Source: Balanoglossus misakiensis (lineage: Eukaryota; Animalia; Hemichordata). From it: a DNA stretch of 64,000 bases. The DNA lies in contig CM082580.2 of the NCBI GenBank assembly GCA_040954595.2, forward strand, positions 14,692,359 through 14,756,358, given 5' to 3'. Positions 13,017 through 26,700 of the stretch are shown piece by piece; the first letter of the stretch is position 1; each line of letters opens with the position of its first letter. Under the pieces are notes generated by a model. The model saw only the letters and a program-made list of their open reading frames with translations. It did no database searches and was not told the DNA's origin. The translations under genes were made by a program, and so were the position numbers.

Positions 13017-13186
13017 GTCCTGTCATCGGTTTGCAGTATAACGGTGACCAAGTCATTAGCAAGTGCTCGTCACTTCTCAAGAGCCTCTTAGGCGATGCCA
13101 TTTACTTCATATCCCAGGACGCAGAAAGTGGCACCAAAAATATTGAAGAATTCTTCAACTATGCTGACATGCAGATGTCAATGTAG
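13017..13186 (+). CDS. RP2: XRP2 exon 9, terminal (PVIGLQYNGD...FFNYADMQMSM*)
   Basis: GPVIxLxxNGD and FxNxADxQM C-terminus; the nine exons total 1029 nt = 342 aa + TAG with no internal stop. Confidence 0.95.
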
Positions 13187-14834
13187 AGGAAAGTGTTAGG
13201 AACCCCCCCCCCCCTCAACACACACACACACACCTTCACGGTGTTTTGATCTGTGTGTATGGCTTTCATAAACCTTGAATCAGATCACTGACCATCCCAG
13301 TCTGTTTGCCTCGATAATCTGTCTTTACAGACATTTGCCATTTTAAAGATCTGCAGAGTACTCATCCCCAACAGAGAGTGTAATTATCAGTCCTGCTTCT
13401 CATACATATACAGTGTGTTGATTGCTGGAAAAGTGTTTATCCTCTCATCCCCATTTCCCAATGTGTGGATTCAATCAGATATTTAAAAAACAGGAATGAA
13501 CCAAACAGCGGGGGTGACAGGATTAACATTCTCTTTTGAGAGAATACAGTGAAATAGAGACAATGTGTCCAAGTGTTATTTTTGTAAAAATGAAAGCCAA
13601 AGGCCATTACTATTATTATTGTCCATGCTGTTTGTATTTACTCAAAATACATTACTGTATAGCCTTCTGTAGCGAAAATATCCTGCAACAGAATTTGATA
13701 TTGTATTTTCCAGTTTGTTGTGTTTGTTTTTGTGTTGTTGTTTTTTTTTGTAAGGAGTAAATGTAAGTTAACATTCCAAGAAATTTTGAAAGATGGTTGT
13801 ATGTTTGTTTCTTTGAATGGTCAAGGTTGCTATCTTTCAGCAGTATTTGGGTAATTATCTTCCATGTTGGGAGTAACATGCCATGTTCTGTGCACTGAAA
13901 AATGCAGAATGGTCCATTTGTGAGAGCTGCACGTACACCCTTTGTAGGCATGTTATGTAGAGTGCTTCGATGAAATAACATCCAAAATTATGTGATAGAA
14001 ATATTTCAGTGACTTATGTCCAAATATTTGTGTGATACATGACTAACTTGGTTGACTATTCAGAATGACATATACATAACTTATCATGTGAAACCACACA
14101 AATTATCAAAATGGTGTCAAAAAGATAGTGACTTTGTCCTTTTATTTTGCAAATGTGTGGCATTGTAACTTTCTGTTGCAAATCCAGAATATTTATACTA
14201 TATAGTCCCATGACAATATTGCATTGTGAAGTAAGCCAATTCTGACCCGGCTAACATTGATTGGGCTCAACCATAGGACATGGATGTATGTAGATGTAGG
14301 GGTGGCCAACTGTGATTGCATAGCTCATCAGAAATGAACAATGCACCCATTCCTCCACCAGACTCACGGTATATAAATGTGTGCATTTCAGATTTTTTAC
14401 ATTTTATTCTTGCTTCAAAGCAATATTATTATCATAATTGTGCAAGCTACAGTTGTAGTAAATTTGGAATAATGCATTTTGACAAAAATAATGAATTCCT
14501 TGCAGATGGAACAAGTTCTATAAAGAAGTGAAGCCGGCATGTATTTTTATGACCTTGTCTTACCTGCACAGGCTGTATGTTATGTCAGACATCATTATTT
14601 TATCAGAGATTATTGTACTTAATATTTCTAGTGGTTAGCTGCATACCTGGTAAGCATTTCAGATGTCTGCCAACAACCTCCATACGAACAACTTTGATAT
14701 TTCGCTTTTAAAAATTTCATCCCTTTCTAGAAAAACAATATATTTCAAAGGGGGTTATTATAAATTATATTATATCATGCTACCGCCCGCCATTCTGATT
14801 GGACGATCGAGAGCTCAATCCAGCGATGCTAAAA

Positions 14835-15158
14835 TTAAGCAATAAAACACCCCCAGCCATGGTATATCACGAGATTTTGACCAGTTCACGACATATACGC
14901 ACGAGCGATAGCGAGTGCGTATATGGAGTTGAACTGGTCAAAATCGAGTGGTATACCATGGCTGGGGGTGTTTTATTGCTATTATATTATGCCAGTATAT
15001 TGAAACTTTGCATAAAACATTTTAAAAAGGCATTTTCTTTAACTATGATATATGACTGTGGTATATGGCTAATATATCACGGTCACGTGTCGTGTCTCGA
15101 CCAATCAAATAGCGTGATTTAAACCATCAATATACTGGTATAATATAATACTCAATAT
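14835..15158. mobile_element. Interspersed hairpin-containing element, copy 2
   Basis: Same orientation and near identity to 1542-1865. It may extend left to ~14768 (tattatatcatg..ctgattgg mirrors ccaatca..ggtataatata). Confidence 0.85.
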
Positions 15159-15627
15159 AGCACTGCTAAAACGGGCCCTGTTTACTTTTTAAAAACTAGG
15201 ACTAATATACTTTTATACTAATATACTATTATTCGCAGCTCCAGTACGGGGACAGTCCAATAAAAGTCGATGTAGTTACCTTAAATGTATACATTTATTA
15301 TCGGTTGTGTATAGTACATGCTGGTTGTTTCATCGACGGAAGTTGGTATTTTCGGCAATTAAAACCGGCACACAAGACTTAATAAAAAATCTTCTGCAGA
15401 ACGGTAAATGGCTTCGCTTCCGTTATTTTGAGAAACAACACTACTATAATTGAGGTATTTTCGTCTGGTAAACGATTGCTAGGCAATAGAATCCCAAATC
15501 TCCCTAACGACCATGTTTGAAGCCAGGATATGATAGTCGGAAAAAGCCAGCTGGGAATCGTCTACTACTTTCTTTGATAAATATCGCTGGCTTAGACGAT
15601 TTAAAGAAAAACATTTAAAATAAAATG

Positions 15628-16195
15628 ATGAGCTATAACCCATGAAAAATGTCAAGAAACGACAAAATGACCGAAATTCGCAAAGTCGGAAAGTTCTCGC
15701 TGGCCGTGGTGGTCACGGACATTTTTTGGCTCTAAGAACCACGCTCTTCCTGACCGTGCACGTGGTGGTCATGGACATTTTTTGGCTCTAAGAACCACGC
15801 TCTTCCTGACAAAAATGACCGAAATTCGCAATGTCGGAAAACTTTCATTTTTTGATAAAAATCATGAGCTATAACCCATGAAAAATGTCAAGAAACGACA
15901 AAATGACCGAAATTCGCAAAGTAGGAAAGCTCTTGCTGACCGTGGTGGTCACGGACATTTTTTGGCTCTAAGAACCACGCTCTTCCTGACCGTGCACGTG
16001 GTGGTCATGGACATTTTTGGCTCTAAGAACCACGCTCTTCCTGACAAAAATGACCGAAATTCGCAATGTCGGAAAACTTTCATTTTTTGATAAAAATCAT
16101 GAGCTATAACCCATGAAAAATGTCAAGAAACGACAAAATGACCGAAATTCGCAAAGTCGGAAAACTGTCATTGTTTGAAAAAATCATGAGCTATA
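15628..16195. repeat. Short tandem array: ~236-bp unit x2 plus an 87-bp partial unit, with internal ~55-bp subrepeats
   Basis: atgagctata recurs at 15628, 15864, 16099 and 16186; gtggtggtca..ctaagaaccacgctcttcctgac occurs twice per unit. Confidence 0.9.
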
Positions 16196-18375
16196 CATGT
16201 AATAATTTGTGGGCTTCTGGCCGTTGGTGGCGTCCGATCCCGCTGCACAGGTGAGACGCAGGACCATGGAAAATACAATGCACCTGTGCTACGAGCTCAT
16301 CCACGTTTTAAACGCAAATCGCGCAGAGCGACCCGGGCTATCAAGAGAGCAACAACCTGCAGAACAAGAGGATTTTGTCTGACAAGCTACGGGAATTTCT
16401 ACAGCCCGGAAACCAAGATAAAGAACATATTATCTACTAGGTAAGTAACCGGTATTTACTAAAATTAGTGCTCCGACTTTCGACCCTAGTGGGGAAAAGG
16501 TGAAGACCCAATTCGTTAGTAATTCTATCCTAGTTTTCGAGAGAGTAGTCGGAGTACTCGCCATTGTTCCAAGAAGCGACGTGGTTTTTTCGTTTGAAAC
16601 GTGGCGCGGACGCCCGGCCCAATTGCGTTCAGTTTTCAACACTTGCACCAAATAAATCTATTCACTAGTTTTTTTCTGATGAGAGCCAAGGAACTATAGT
16701 TGTCGTCGAGCGAAAAATACGAGCGAATCTCCAAGTGTAAAATGTGTAATATTTATTGAAGTTCGGAATGCTGGGGGCAAGTTCAATGAATAATGTTAGG
16801 GGAGATTTCCGTGAGTGTTTCTGTGTCGGATTTTTGCGCACATTTTCTAGTCAGTTTATTACTGCATTTTTGCGTGTAACAAAATCCGCCTACAATAATT
16901 TCAAAAACTTGCTAGTTGTGGTTTCAAAACACCGTGCAGAACTGCATTTGGCTTTTCCGACCGGCATTATTGTTGATCTGCTTGTCAATAATATTTAGGT
17001 GTCCCATTATATTACTCTATTGCGGGTTCTATTATTATTGTAATACACTCCGACTATTGTATTATTGATATCAATCGTATTAATTGTCATGCTGTATTAC
17101 TCTATATCATTGCGAGTTGTATTATAGTTGTGACATAGTCCGTTTATTTTAGTGGTCATTGTCATTTCATTCTGATCAAACGTGGTATTGCGCGGTAGTA
17201 TATCTTGCGAGTAATATCGCATTGTTATACATTTATTTAGTCTGTACTCTGCGCGGGTAATAGTTTCGGGTAACAATATTTCTGTCATCTCCCGATATTA
17301 CTCTGTATTATTGGGGGTAATATTTAGCGGCAATCGACCGTCTATTTATCACGGAGTACAACTTGTAACGTATCATAATGGAACTCAATTTAAACACCGA
17401 TACTTTAGAAGTACTTCTATGCACGTGTTCAATTTTTGTCAGGAGTTTGACCTAGTTTAGCACAGGCTCTTTCACGTTTCATAAACAAGTATGTTGCCAA
17501 TAATATTTTGCCAACACGTTCACATTTTGAGTAAATTGATATTTTAATATTCTGGACGCAACGAATTTCTCTCGACACAGTGTTGTGTTGGCTCATATTT
17601 ATGCACCCCAATCAATCCCTTAATGTCGGACCAATTGGATAAGTAGTGCTGTTTATTTCCGTATTTCATGGCCTCCGGCCCAAAATTCTTTACATTTTCT
17701 TTAAAACTTAAAACGGACGGGAATACTTAAACTTATTTCATAATTGAAAATCATCTGTCTTTTCTCACTCCCATGATAGCATGAAAAAGCAATGCTGCTG
17801 AACACTGTAGAAAGGTACCATCGTTTGAATTCATAAGGAAAAAATCTTTCTGTTAGTCGGTGGGTTAAAATACATCGTAAGAATATATTTTAGTCTGTGA
17901 CTGGAACAAAGTACAACACAATAGGAAATGATGTTCATCTTCATTTTCGTTACTGTCACACAACAAGCAAATCATTTTGTTTTATCTACTCTGTGCTTTC
18001 TATCTGTTATCAAAAAACGTTCATGAAAAGCTGCATGAAAAAAAATATCTTCCTAACTTCACAATTTCGTCACCGTAATTATTTTCAAAAAAGATCATTT
18101 TGTAGTTCAAAGATGCCATATAATATCTAAATTTTAATAACAAGTGATATGTAATCAAAAAGGGAGGTTCTGTAACATGCATTTAAAAACGGGGGTCCCC
18201 ACACCTGTTTTCCTGTAAAACCACAAAATGCTGTTCATACTATAATATTGCATATATAGTTCTAAATATCCAACCGATAGAGGGTGCTGTTTAATATTCG
18301 TACTTTAAGTACGATAATACTTTTTTGTTGTACGTTAAACTTGGTCAACTATTTAACACAGAATTTTGCCGTATA

Positions 18376-18465
18376 TACTGTAAACACTCAGGATTTTTTT
18401 CGCGACAGGAAATTTTCGCGATATCAAAAGAGGCGACTGTTACGCGATTCATTTTTCGCGTTCGT
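18376..18465. mobile_element. Probable MITE terminal fragment (TACTGTAAA..TTTTCGCG subrepeats)
   Basis: tactgtaaa followed by three ttttcgcg motifs, a pattern typical of invertebrate TA-flanked MITEs; no partner end found. Confidence 0.35.
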
Positions 18466-18834
18466 ATATTTCACTAATTGCATCGTTATTTCTGTACAAT
18501 TTCCATTCTACGATTATTTGTCGCATTAGTAGCACGATTCTTGGCTGCAAACCTTCATGTTCAAACAAATTGTGTAATGTTTATCAAAGTCATGAAACCG
18601 CAACCATTTTTATGCGTACGTGTGTTTGTCTTTTTGCCAGATTGTGCATGAATGTAGCCGAGCTGGTGTGTTGCATTTCACGATGTCAATCACACATGTT
18701 TATTCGCGACTGCATGCATTTAAGTTTCCATGGCATTGCAGTGAAGAACTTCACTCTTCAATTCTACTAATGCATGTTTTTATAGATTCGTATTCAATTT
18801 GAGTGTGTTTTATCATAGACCATGTAGGGTCCAT

Positions 18835-19990
18835 GATCGCAGATGAAGATATCTGGATGCCAAATGAAGAGAAGACACAGGTTTTTAGTCAGCATTTGAA
18901 GAGTTTATAATGAGAATGAAGGGATTGCGTTCTATCCAGTTTTCTCTTAAAGCGACAAAATCGCTTTTTGACCTTTCAACGATTTCAAGTATACATTGAT
19001 TACTCGTGTTATCTTTGTGTTAAAAATTGATGTTGATTTGTAACCATCATTTCCTGTCATACAAAATCAATCTCTAAACGGTCCAAAATGAGTGAATTTT
19101 GCTCCTTAATCTGTTGATCCAGTGAAGATTATGGCATTGACATTGACTTTCCGTATGCGTTCCCTTGATCACACTGGTTACTTGTGCAGATTTTCAATTA
19201 TGTTAATTAGCACACTTGTCTACTATTACAGTTGAGGAGCTACACAATTGTTGCAGCCATTGGGAAAACTTCATGACAAGAAGGATTCAGATTAGGACAC
19301 AGTATAAATTCTCATACACATACATGTACATACATACATACATACATACATACATACATACATACATACATACATACATACATACATACATACAGACATA
19401 CAGACATACAGACATACATACATACATACATACATACATACATACATACATACATACATACATACATACATACATACATACATACATACATACATACATA
19501 CATGAACATGTGTGTTTAATGTGTGTTAAAACAATATTACAGAGAGAACAAGTCTGTAACCATTTAACTCAACTATGCTTATTTAACTGTAGCCTAAATG
19601 TCCATATGATTCAGTAATTCTAAAAATTACATGTATGCATTGAGGAAATTTTGTTTAGTGAATTGTGCAGTCAAATCAAATTGATTCAATCTAGAAAACT
19701 GTTTGTGCCATTTCAGCCATTTTTTCTAACTTCAATATTAACGTACTAACACACCATTAACTAACTATAACAACTAATACTTTGGCTGGAGTGGTATAAG
19801 CAGGCTGTGAGAAACTTTTATTCTTGTGACTATTTCTATTTTTCATAATGAGCCAGTTAGAAGTATACAGATGAAATTAAGTATTGTATTCTAATTCAAT
19901 TTAAATTAGCTGTATTTCCCAAAACCTGAAAGTGAAGGTCAGGAAAATTACTCATTTCAAATTTTATGGTACAGAATTGTTCTCTATGTA
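18835..19990 (+). repeat. Diverged direct duplication, copy 1 (paralog of 29685-30515)
   Basis: Colinear shared blocks: gagtttataatgagaatgaag, gacattgactttcc, aaggattcagattaggacacagt, aactgtagcctaaatgtccata, aaattgattcaatct, gtgaaggtcaggaaaatta. Confidence 0.9.
19327..19503. repeat. (TACA)n microsatellite
   Basis: Direct reading. Confidence 0.98.
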
Positions 19991-20124
19991 TGTATGTATG
20001 TATGTATGTATGTATGTATGTATGTATGTATGTATGTATGTATGTATGTATGTATGTATGTATGTATGTATGTATGTATGTATGTATGTATGTATGTATG
20101 TATGTATGTATGTATGTATGTATG

Positions 20125-20155
<31 letters not shown>

Positions 20156-20216
20156 TGTATGTAATGTATGTAATGTATGTAATGTATGTATGTATGTATG
20201 TATGTATGTATGTATG

Positions 20217-20247
<31 letters not shown>

Positions 20248-20611
20248 TGTATGTAATGTATGTAATGTATGTATGTATGTATGTATGTATGTATGTATGT
20301 ATGTATGTATGTATGTATGTATGTATGTATGTATGTATGTATGTATGTATGTATGTATGTATGTATGTATGTATGTATGTATGTATGTATGTATGTATGT
20401 ATGTATGTATGTATGTATGTATGTATGTATGTATGTATGTATGTATGTATGTATGTATGTATGTATGTATGTATGTATGTATGTATGTATGTATGTATGT
20501 ATGTATGTATGTATGTATGTATGTATGTATGCAATGTATGTAATGTATGTAATGTATGTAATGTATGTATGCATGTATGTAATGTATGCATCTATGTAAT
20601 GTATGTGTATG
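19985..20611. repeat. (TATG)n microsatellite with TATGTAATG interruptions
   Basis: Direct reading. Confidence 0.98.
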
Positions 20612-20789
20612 TGAATCCCTAATGTATCCTTGTCCGAATTTTATCTTGCCATGAAGTTCTCCCAATGTCTACAATAGTCCAGAAGCTTTCCAACCGTGAT
20701 GGTAGATAAGTTTAGCAGATTTTTGGTAATTGTTTACTAGTGTGCTATAATATAACAGAAACTAATAATTGAAGTATAATTGCTTTAAG

Positions 20790-23700
20790 TTAAGCAGGAA
20801 GGATGACGACAAAATTGCAAATGATGCCAATGGTAGAAGTGGACAAGGACTTGATTTTCCAGCCAGCCAATAAAGTACTTGCATGATGGCAGATGAAGCA
20901 AGTTCAAGCAAGCATGAAGACTGATGTATAATTTCTGAATGGTGCCAACGGTAGAAGTTGACAAGGACCTGGTCTTGCAGTCAGCCAATAAACAACTTGC
21001 ATGATGGCAGATGAAGATATATGGATGTCAAATGAAGAAAACGTACAGGTTTGCAGGCAACAAGTGTATATTGGAACAAATTCAAACTTGACTCATTGAA
21101 TCAATTTTATAAAATATGTCACCACTTTGTTCATTGATCATGAATAATTTGTTTTCTGTTGTTTTGTGAGAATATGCCGAAGAGTGCAGGCTGATGTTGT
21201 GTATCTGAATGTTGCCATTGGTAGAAGTGGACAAGGACTTGGTCTTGCTTTCACCTAATAAACTCTGTATGATAGCAGATGAAGATATATGGATGTCAAA
21301 TGAAGAAAACGTACAGGTTTGCAGGCAACAAGTGTATATTGGAACAAATTCAAACTTAACTCATTGAATCAATTTTATAAAATATGTCACCACTTTGTTC
21401 ATTGATCCTGAATAATTTTTTTTCTATTGTTTTGTTAGAATATGCCAAAGAGTGCAGGCTGATGTTGTGTATCTGAATGTTGCCATTGGTAGAAGTGGAC
21501 AAAGACTTGGTCTTGCTTTCACCTAATAAACTCTGTATGATAGCAGATGAAGATATTTGGATGTCAAATTAAGAAAAAATACAGGTTTGCAGTCAACATT
21601 TTAAGAGTGTATATAGTGTTGGAACAAATCCAAACTTAACTCATTGAATCAATTTTATAAAATATGTCACCATTTTGTTCATTGATCATGAATAATTGTT
21701 TTTCTGTTGTTTTGTTAGAATATGGCGAAAAGTACAGGCTGATGTTGTGTATCTGAATGTTGCCATTGGTAGAAGTGGACAAGGACATGGTTTCCCAGTC
21801 ACCCAATAAACTACTTGCATGATGGCAGATGAAGATATTTGGATGTCAAATAAAGAAAACATACAGGTATGCAGTCAACATTTTAAGAGTGTATATAGTG
21901 TTGGAACAAATCCAAACTTAACGCATTGAATCAATTTTATAAAATATGTCACCACTTTGTTCATTGATCATGAAGAATTTTTTTCTGTTGTTTTGTTAGA
22001 ATATGGCGAAGAGTGCAGGCTGATGTTGTGTATCTGAATGTTGCTATTGGTAGAAGTGGACAAGGACTTGGTCTTCCAGTCAGCCAATAAACTACTTGCA
22101 TGATGGCAGATGATGATAATTGGATGTCAAATAAAGAAAACATAAAGGTTTGCAGTCAACATTTTAAGAGTGTATATAGTGTTGGGACAAATCAAAACTT
22201 AACTCATTGAATCAATTTTATAAAATATGTCACCACTTTGTTCATTGATCATGAATAATTTTTTTCTGTTGTTTTGTGAGAATATGGCGAAGAGTGCAGG
22301 CTGATGTTGTGTATCTGCATGTTGCCATTGGTAGAAGTGGACAAGGACATGGTTTCCCAGTCACCCAATAAACTACTTGCATGATGGCAGATGAAGATAT
22401 TTGGATGTCAAATAAAGAAAACATAAAGGTTTGCAGTCAACATTTTAAGAGTGTATATAGTGTTGGAACAAATCCAAGCTTAACTCATTGAACCAATTTT
22501 ATAAACTATGTCACGACTTTGTTCATTGATCATGAATAATTTTTTTTCTGTTGTTTTGTTAGAATATGGCGAAGAGTGCAGGCTGATGTTGTGTATCTGA
22601 ATGTTGCCAATGGTAGAAGTGGACAAGGACTTGGTCTTCCAGTCAGCCAATAAAGTACTTGCATGATGGCAGATGAAGCAAGTTCAAGCATGAAGAATGA
22701 TCTTTAATTTCTAAATGGTGCCAACGGTAGAAGTTGACAAGGACTTGGTCTTGCAGTCAGCCAATTAACAACTTGCATGATGGCAGATGAAGATATATGG
22801 ATGTCAAATGAAGAAAACGTACAGGTTTGCAGTCAACAAGTGTATATAGTATTGGAACAAATTCAAACTTAACTCATTGAATCAATTTTATAATATATGT
22901 CACCACTTTGTTCATTGATCATGAATCATTTTTTGTCTGTTGTTTTGTTAGAATATGTCAAAGAGTGCAGGCTGATGTTGTGTATCTGAATGTTGCCATT
23001 GGTAGAAGTGGACAAGGACTTGGTTTCCCAGTCACCCAATAAACTACTTGCATGATGGCTGATGAAGATATTTGGATGTCAAATAAAGAAAACATAAAGG
23101 TTTGCAGTCAATATTTTAAGAGTGTATATAGTGTTGGAACAAATTCAAGCTTAACTCATTGAATCAATTTAATAATATATATCACCACTTTGTTCATTGA
23201 TCATGAATAATTTTTTTCTGTTGTTTTGTTAGAATATGGCGAAGAGTGCAGGCTGATGTTGTGTATCTGAATGTTGCCATTGGTAGAAGTGGACAAGGAC
23301 ATGGTTTCCCAGTCACCCAATAAACTACTTGCATGATGGCAGATGAAGATATTTGGATGTCAAATAAAGAAAACATAAAGGTTTGCAGTCAACATTTTAA
23401 GAGTGTATATAGTGTTGGAACAAATCCAAGCTTAACTCATTGAACCAATTTTATAAACTATGTCACGACTTTGTTCATTGATCATGAATAATTTTTTTTC
23501 TGTTGTTTTGTTAGAATATGGCGAAGAGTGCAGGCTGATGTTGTGTATCTGAATGTTGCCAATGGTAGAAGTGGACAAGGACTTGGTCTTCCAGTCAGCC
23601 AATAAAGTACTTGCATGATGGCAGATGAAGCAAGTTCAAGCATGAAGAATGATCTTTAATTTCTAAATGGTGCCAACGGTAGAAGTGGACAAGGACTTGG

Positions 23701-26700
23701 TCTTGCAGTCAGCCAATTAACAACTTGCATGATGGCAGATGAAGATATATGGATGTCAAATGAAGAAAACGTACAGGTTTGCAGTCAACAAGTGTATATA
23801 GTATTGGAACAAATTCAAACTTAACTCATTGAATCAATTTTATAATATATGTCACCACTTTGTTCATTGATCATGAATCATTTTTTGTCTGTTGTTTTGT
23901 TAGAATATGTCAAAGAGTGCAGGCTGATGTTGTGTATCTGAATGTTGCCATTGGTAGAAGTGGACAAGGACTTGGTTTCCCAGTCACCCAATAAACTACT
24001 TGCATGATGGCTGATGAAGATATTTGGATGTCAAATAAAGAAAACATAAAGGTTTGCAGTCAATATTTTAAGAGTGTATATAGTGTTGGAACAAATTCAA
24101 GCTTAACTCATTGAATCAATTTAATAATATATATCACCACTTTGTTCATTGATCATGAATAATTTTTTTCTGTTGTTTTGTTAGAATATGGCGAAGAGTG
24201 CAGGCTGATGTTGTGTATCTGAATGTTGCCATTGGTAGAAGTGGACATGGACATGGTTTCCCAGTCACCCAATAAACTACTTGCATGATGGCAGATGAAG
24301 ATATTTGGATGTCAAATAAAGAAAACATAAAGGTTTGCAGTCAACATTTTAAGAGTGTATATAGTGTTGGAACAAATCCAAGCTTAACTCATTGAACCAA
24401 TTTTATAAACTATGTCACGACTTTGTTCATTGATCATGAATAATTTTTTTTCTGTTGTTTTGTTAGAATATGGCGAAGAGTGCAGGCTGATGTTGTGTAT
24501 CTGAATGTTGCCAATGGTAGAAGTGGACAAGGACTTGGTCTTCCAGTCAGCCAATAAAGTACTTGCATGATGGCAGATGAAGCAAGTTCAAGCATGAAGA
24601 ATGATCTTTAATTTCTAAATGGTGCCAACGGTAGAAGTGGACAAGGACTTGGTCTTGCAGTCAGCCAATTAACAACTTGCATGATGGCAGATGAAGATAT
24701 ATGGATGTCAAATGAAGAAAACGTACAGGTTTGCAGTCAACAAGTGTATATAGTATTGGAACAAATTCAAACTTAACTCATTGAATCAATTTTATAATAT
24801 ATGTCACCACTTTGTTCATTGATCATGAATCATTTTTTGTCTGTTGTTTTGTTAGAATATGTCAAAGAGTGCAGGCTGATGTTGTGTATCTGAATGTTGC
24901 CATTGGTAGAAGTGGACAAGGACTTGGTTTCCCAGTCACCCAATAAACTACTTGCATGATGGCTGATGAAGATATTTGGATGTCAAATAAAGAAAACATA
25001 AAGGTTTGCAGTCAATATTTTAAGAGTGTATATAGTGTTGGAACAAATTCAAGCTTAACTCATTGAATCAATTTAATAATATATATCACCACTTTGTTCA
25101 TTGATCATGAATAATTTTTTTTCTGTTGTTTTGTTAGAATATGGCGAAGAGTGCAGGCTGATGTTGTGTATCTGAATGTTGCCAATGGTAGAAGTGGACA
25201 AGGACTTCGTCTTCCAGTCACCCAATAAACTACTTGCATGATGGCAGATGAAGATATTTGGATGTCAAATAAAGAAAACATACAGGTTTGCAATCAACAT
25301 TTTAAGAGTGTATATAGTGATGGAACAAATCCAAACTTAACTCGTTGAATCAATTTTATAAAATATGTCACCATTTTGTTCATTGATCATGAATAATTTT
25401 TTTTCTGTTGTTTTGTTAGAATATGGCGAAGAGTACAGGCTGATGTTGTGTATCTGAATGTTGCCATTGGTAGAAGTGGACAAGGACTTGGTTTCCCAGT
25501 CAGCCAATAAAGTACTTGCATGATGGCAGATGAAGCAAGTTCAAGCATGAAGAATGATGTTTAATTTCTAAATGGTGCCAACGGTAGAAGTGGACAAGGA
25601 CTTGGTCTTGCAGTCAGCCAATTAACAACTTGCATGATGGCATATGAAGATATATGGATGTCAAATGAAGAAAACGTACAGGTTTGCAGTCAACAAGTGT
25701 ATATAGTATTGGAACAAATTCAAACTTAACTCATTGAATCAATTTTATAAAATATGTCACCACTTTGTTCATTGATCATGAATAATTTGTGTCTGTTGTT
25801 TTGTTAGAATATGGCGAAGAGTGCAGGGTGATGTTGTGTATCTGAATGTTGCCATTGGTAGTAGTGGACAAGGACTTGGTCTTGCTTTCACTCAATAAAC
25901 TCTGCATGATGGCAGATGAAGATATTTGGATGTCAAATAAAGAAAACATACAGGTTTGCAATCAACATTTTAAGAGTGTATATAGCGTTGGAACAAATCC
26001 AAACTTAACTCATTGAATCAATTTTATAAAATATGTCACCACTTTGTTCATTGATCATGAATATTTCTTTTTCTGTTGTTTTGTTAGAATATGGCAAAGA
26101 GTGCAGGCTGATGTTGTGTATCTGAATGTTGCCATTGGTAGAAGTGGACAAGGACTTGGTTTCCCAGTCACCCAATAAACTACTTGCATGATGGCAGATG
26201 AAGATATTTGGATGTCAAATAAAGAACACATACAGGTTTGCAGTATACATTTTAAGAGTGTATATAGTGTTGGAACAAATCCAAACTTAACTCATTGAAT
26301 CAATTTTATAAAATATGTCACCACTTTGTTCATTGATCATGAATAATTTTTTTTCTGTTGTTTTGTTAGAATATTGCGAAGACTGCAGGCTGATGTTGAG
26401 TCTCTGAATGTTGCCAATGGTAGAAGTGGACAAGGACATGGTTTCCCAGTCACCCAATAAACTACTTGCATGATGGCAGATGAAGATATTTGGATGTCAA
26501 ATAATGAACACATACAGGTTTGCAGTCAACATTTTATGAGTGTATATAGTGTTGGAACAAATCCAAACTTAACTCATTGAATCAATTTTATAAAATATGT
26601 CACCACTTTTTTTATTGATCATGAATAATTTTTGTTTCTGTTGTTTTGTTAGAATATGGCGAAGAGTGCAGGCTGATGTTGTGTATCTGAATGTTGCCAT

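Noticed and set aside
17000-17340. Degenerate repeat with tattactc / gcgggtaata motifs
   Set aside because: Too decayed to define a unit or termini by eye.
2906-20665. Poly-Ile, YIHT/MYVC and LSIY ORFs
   Set aside because: Translations of (ATC)n, (TACA)n/(TATG)n and (TAGA)n microsatellites.
23055-23100. Hammerhead-like CTGATGA-stem-GAAA in the 281-bp satellite
   Set aside because: CTGATGA occurs in only a few units (most have cagatga), GAAA is not adjacent to stem II, and stems I/III are not evident.
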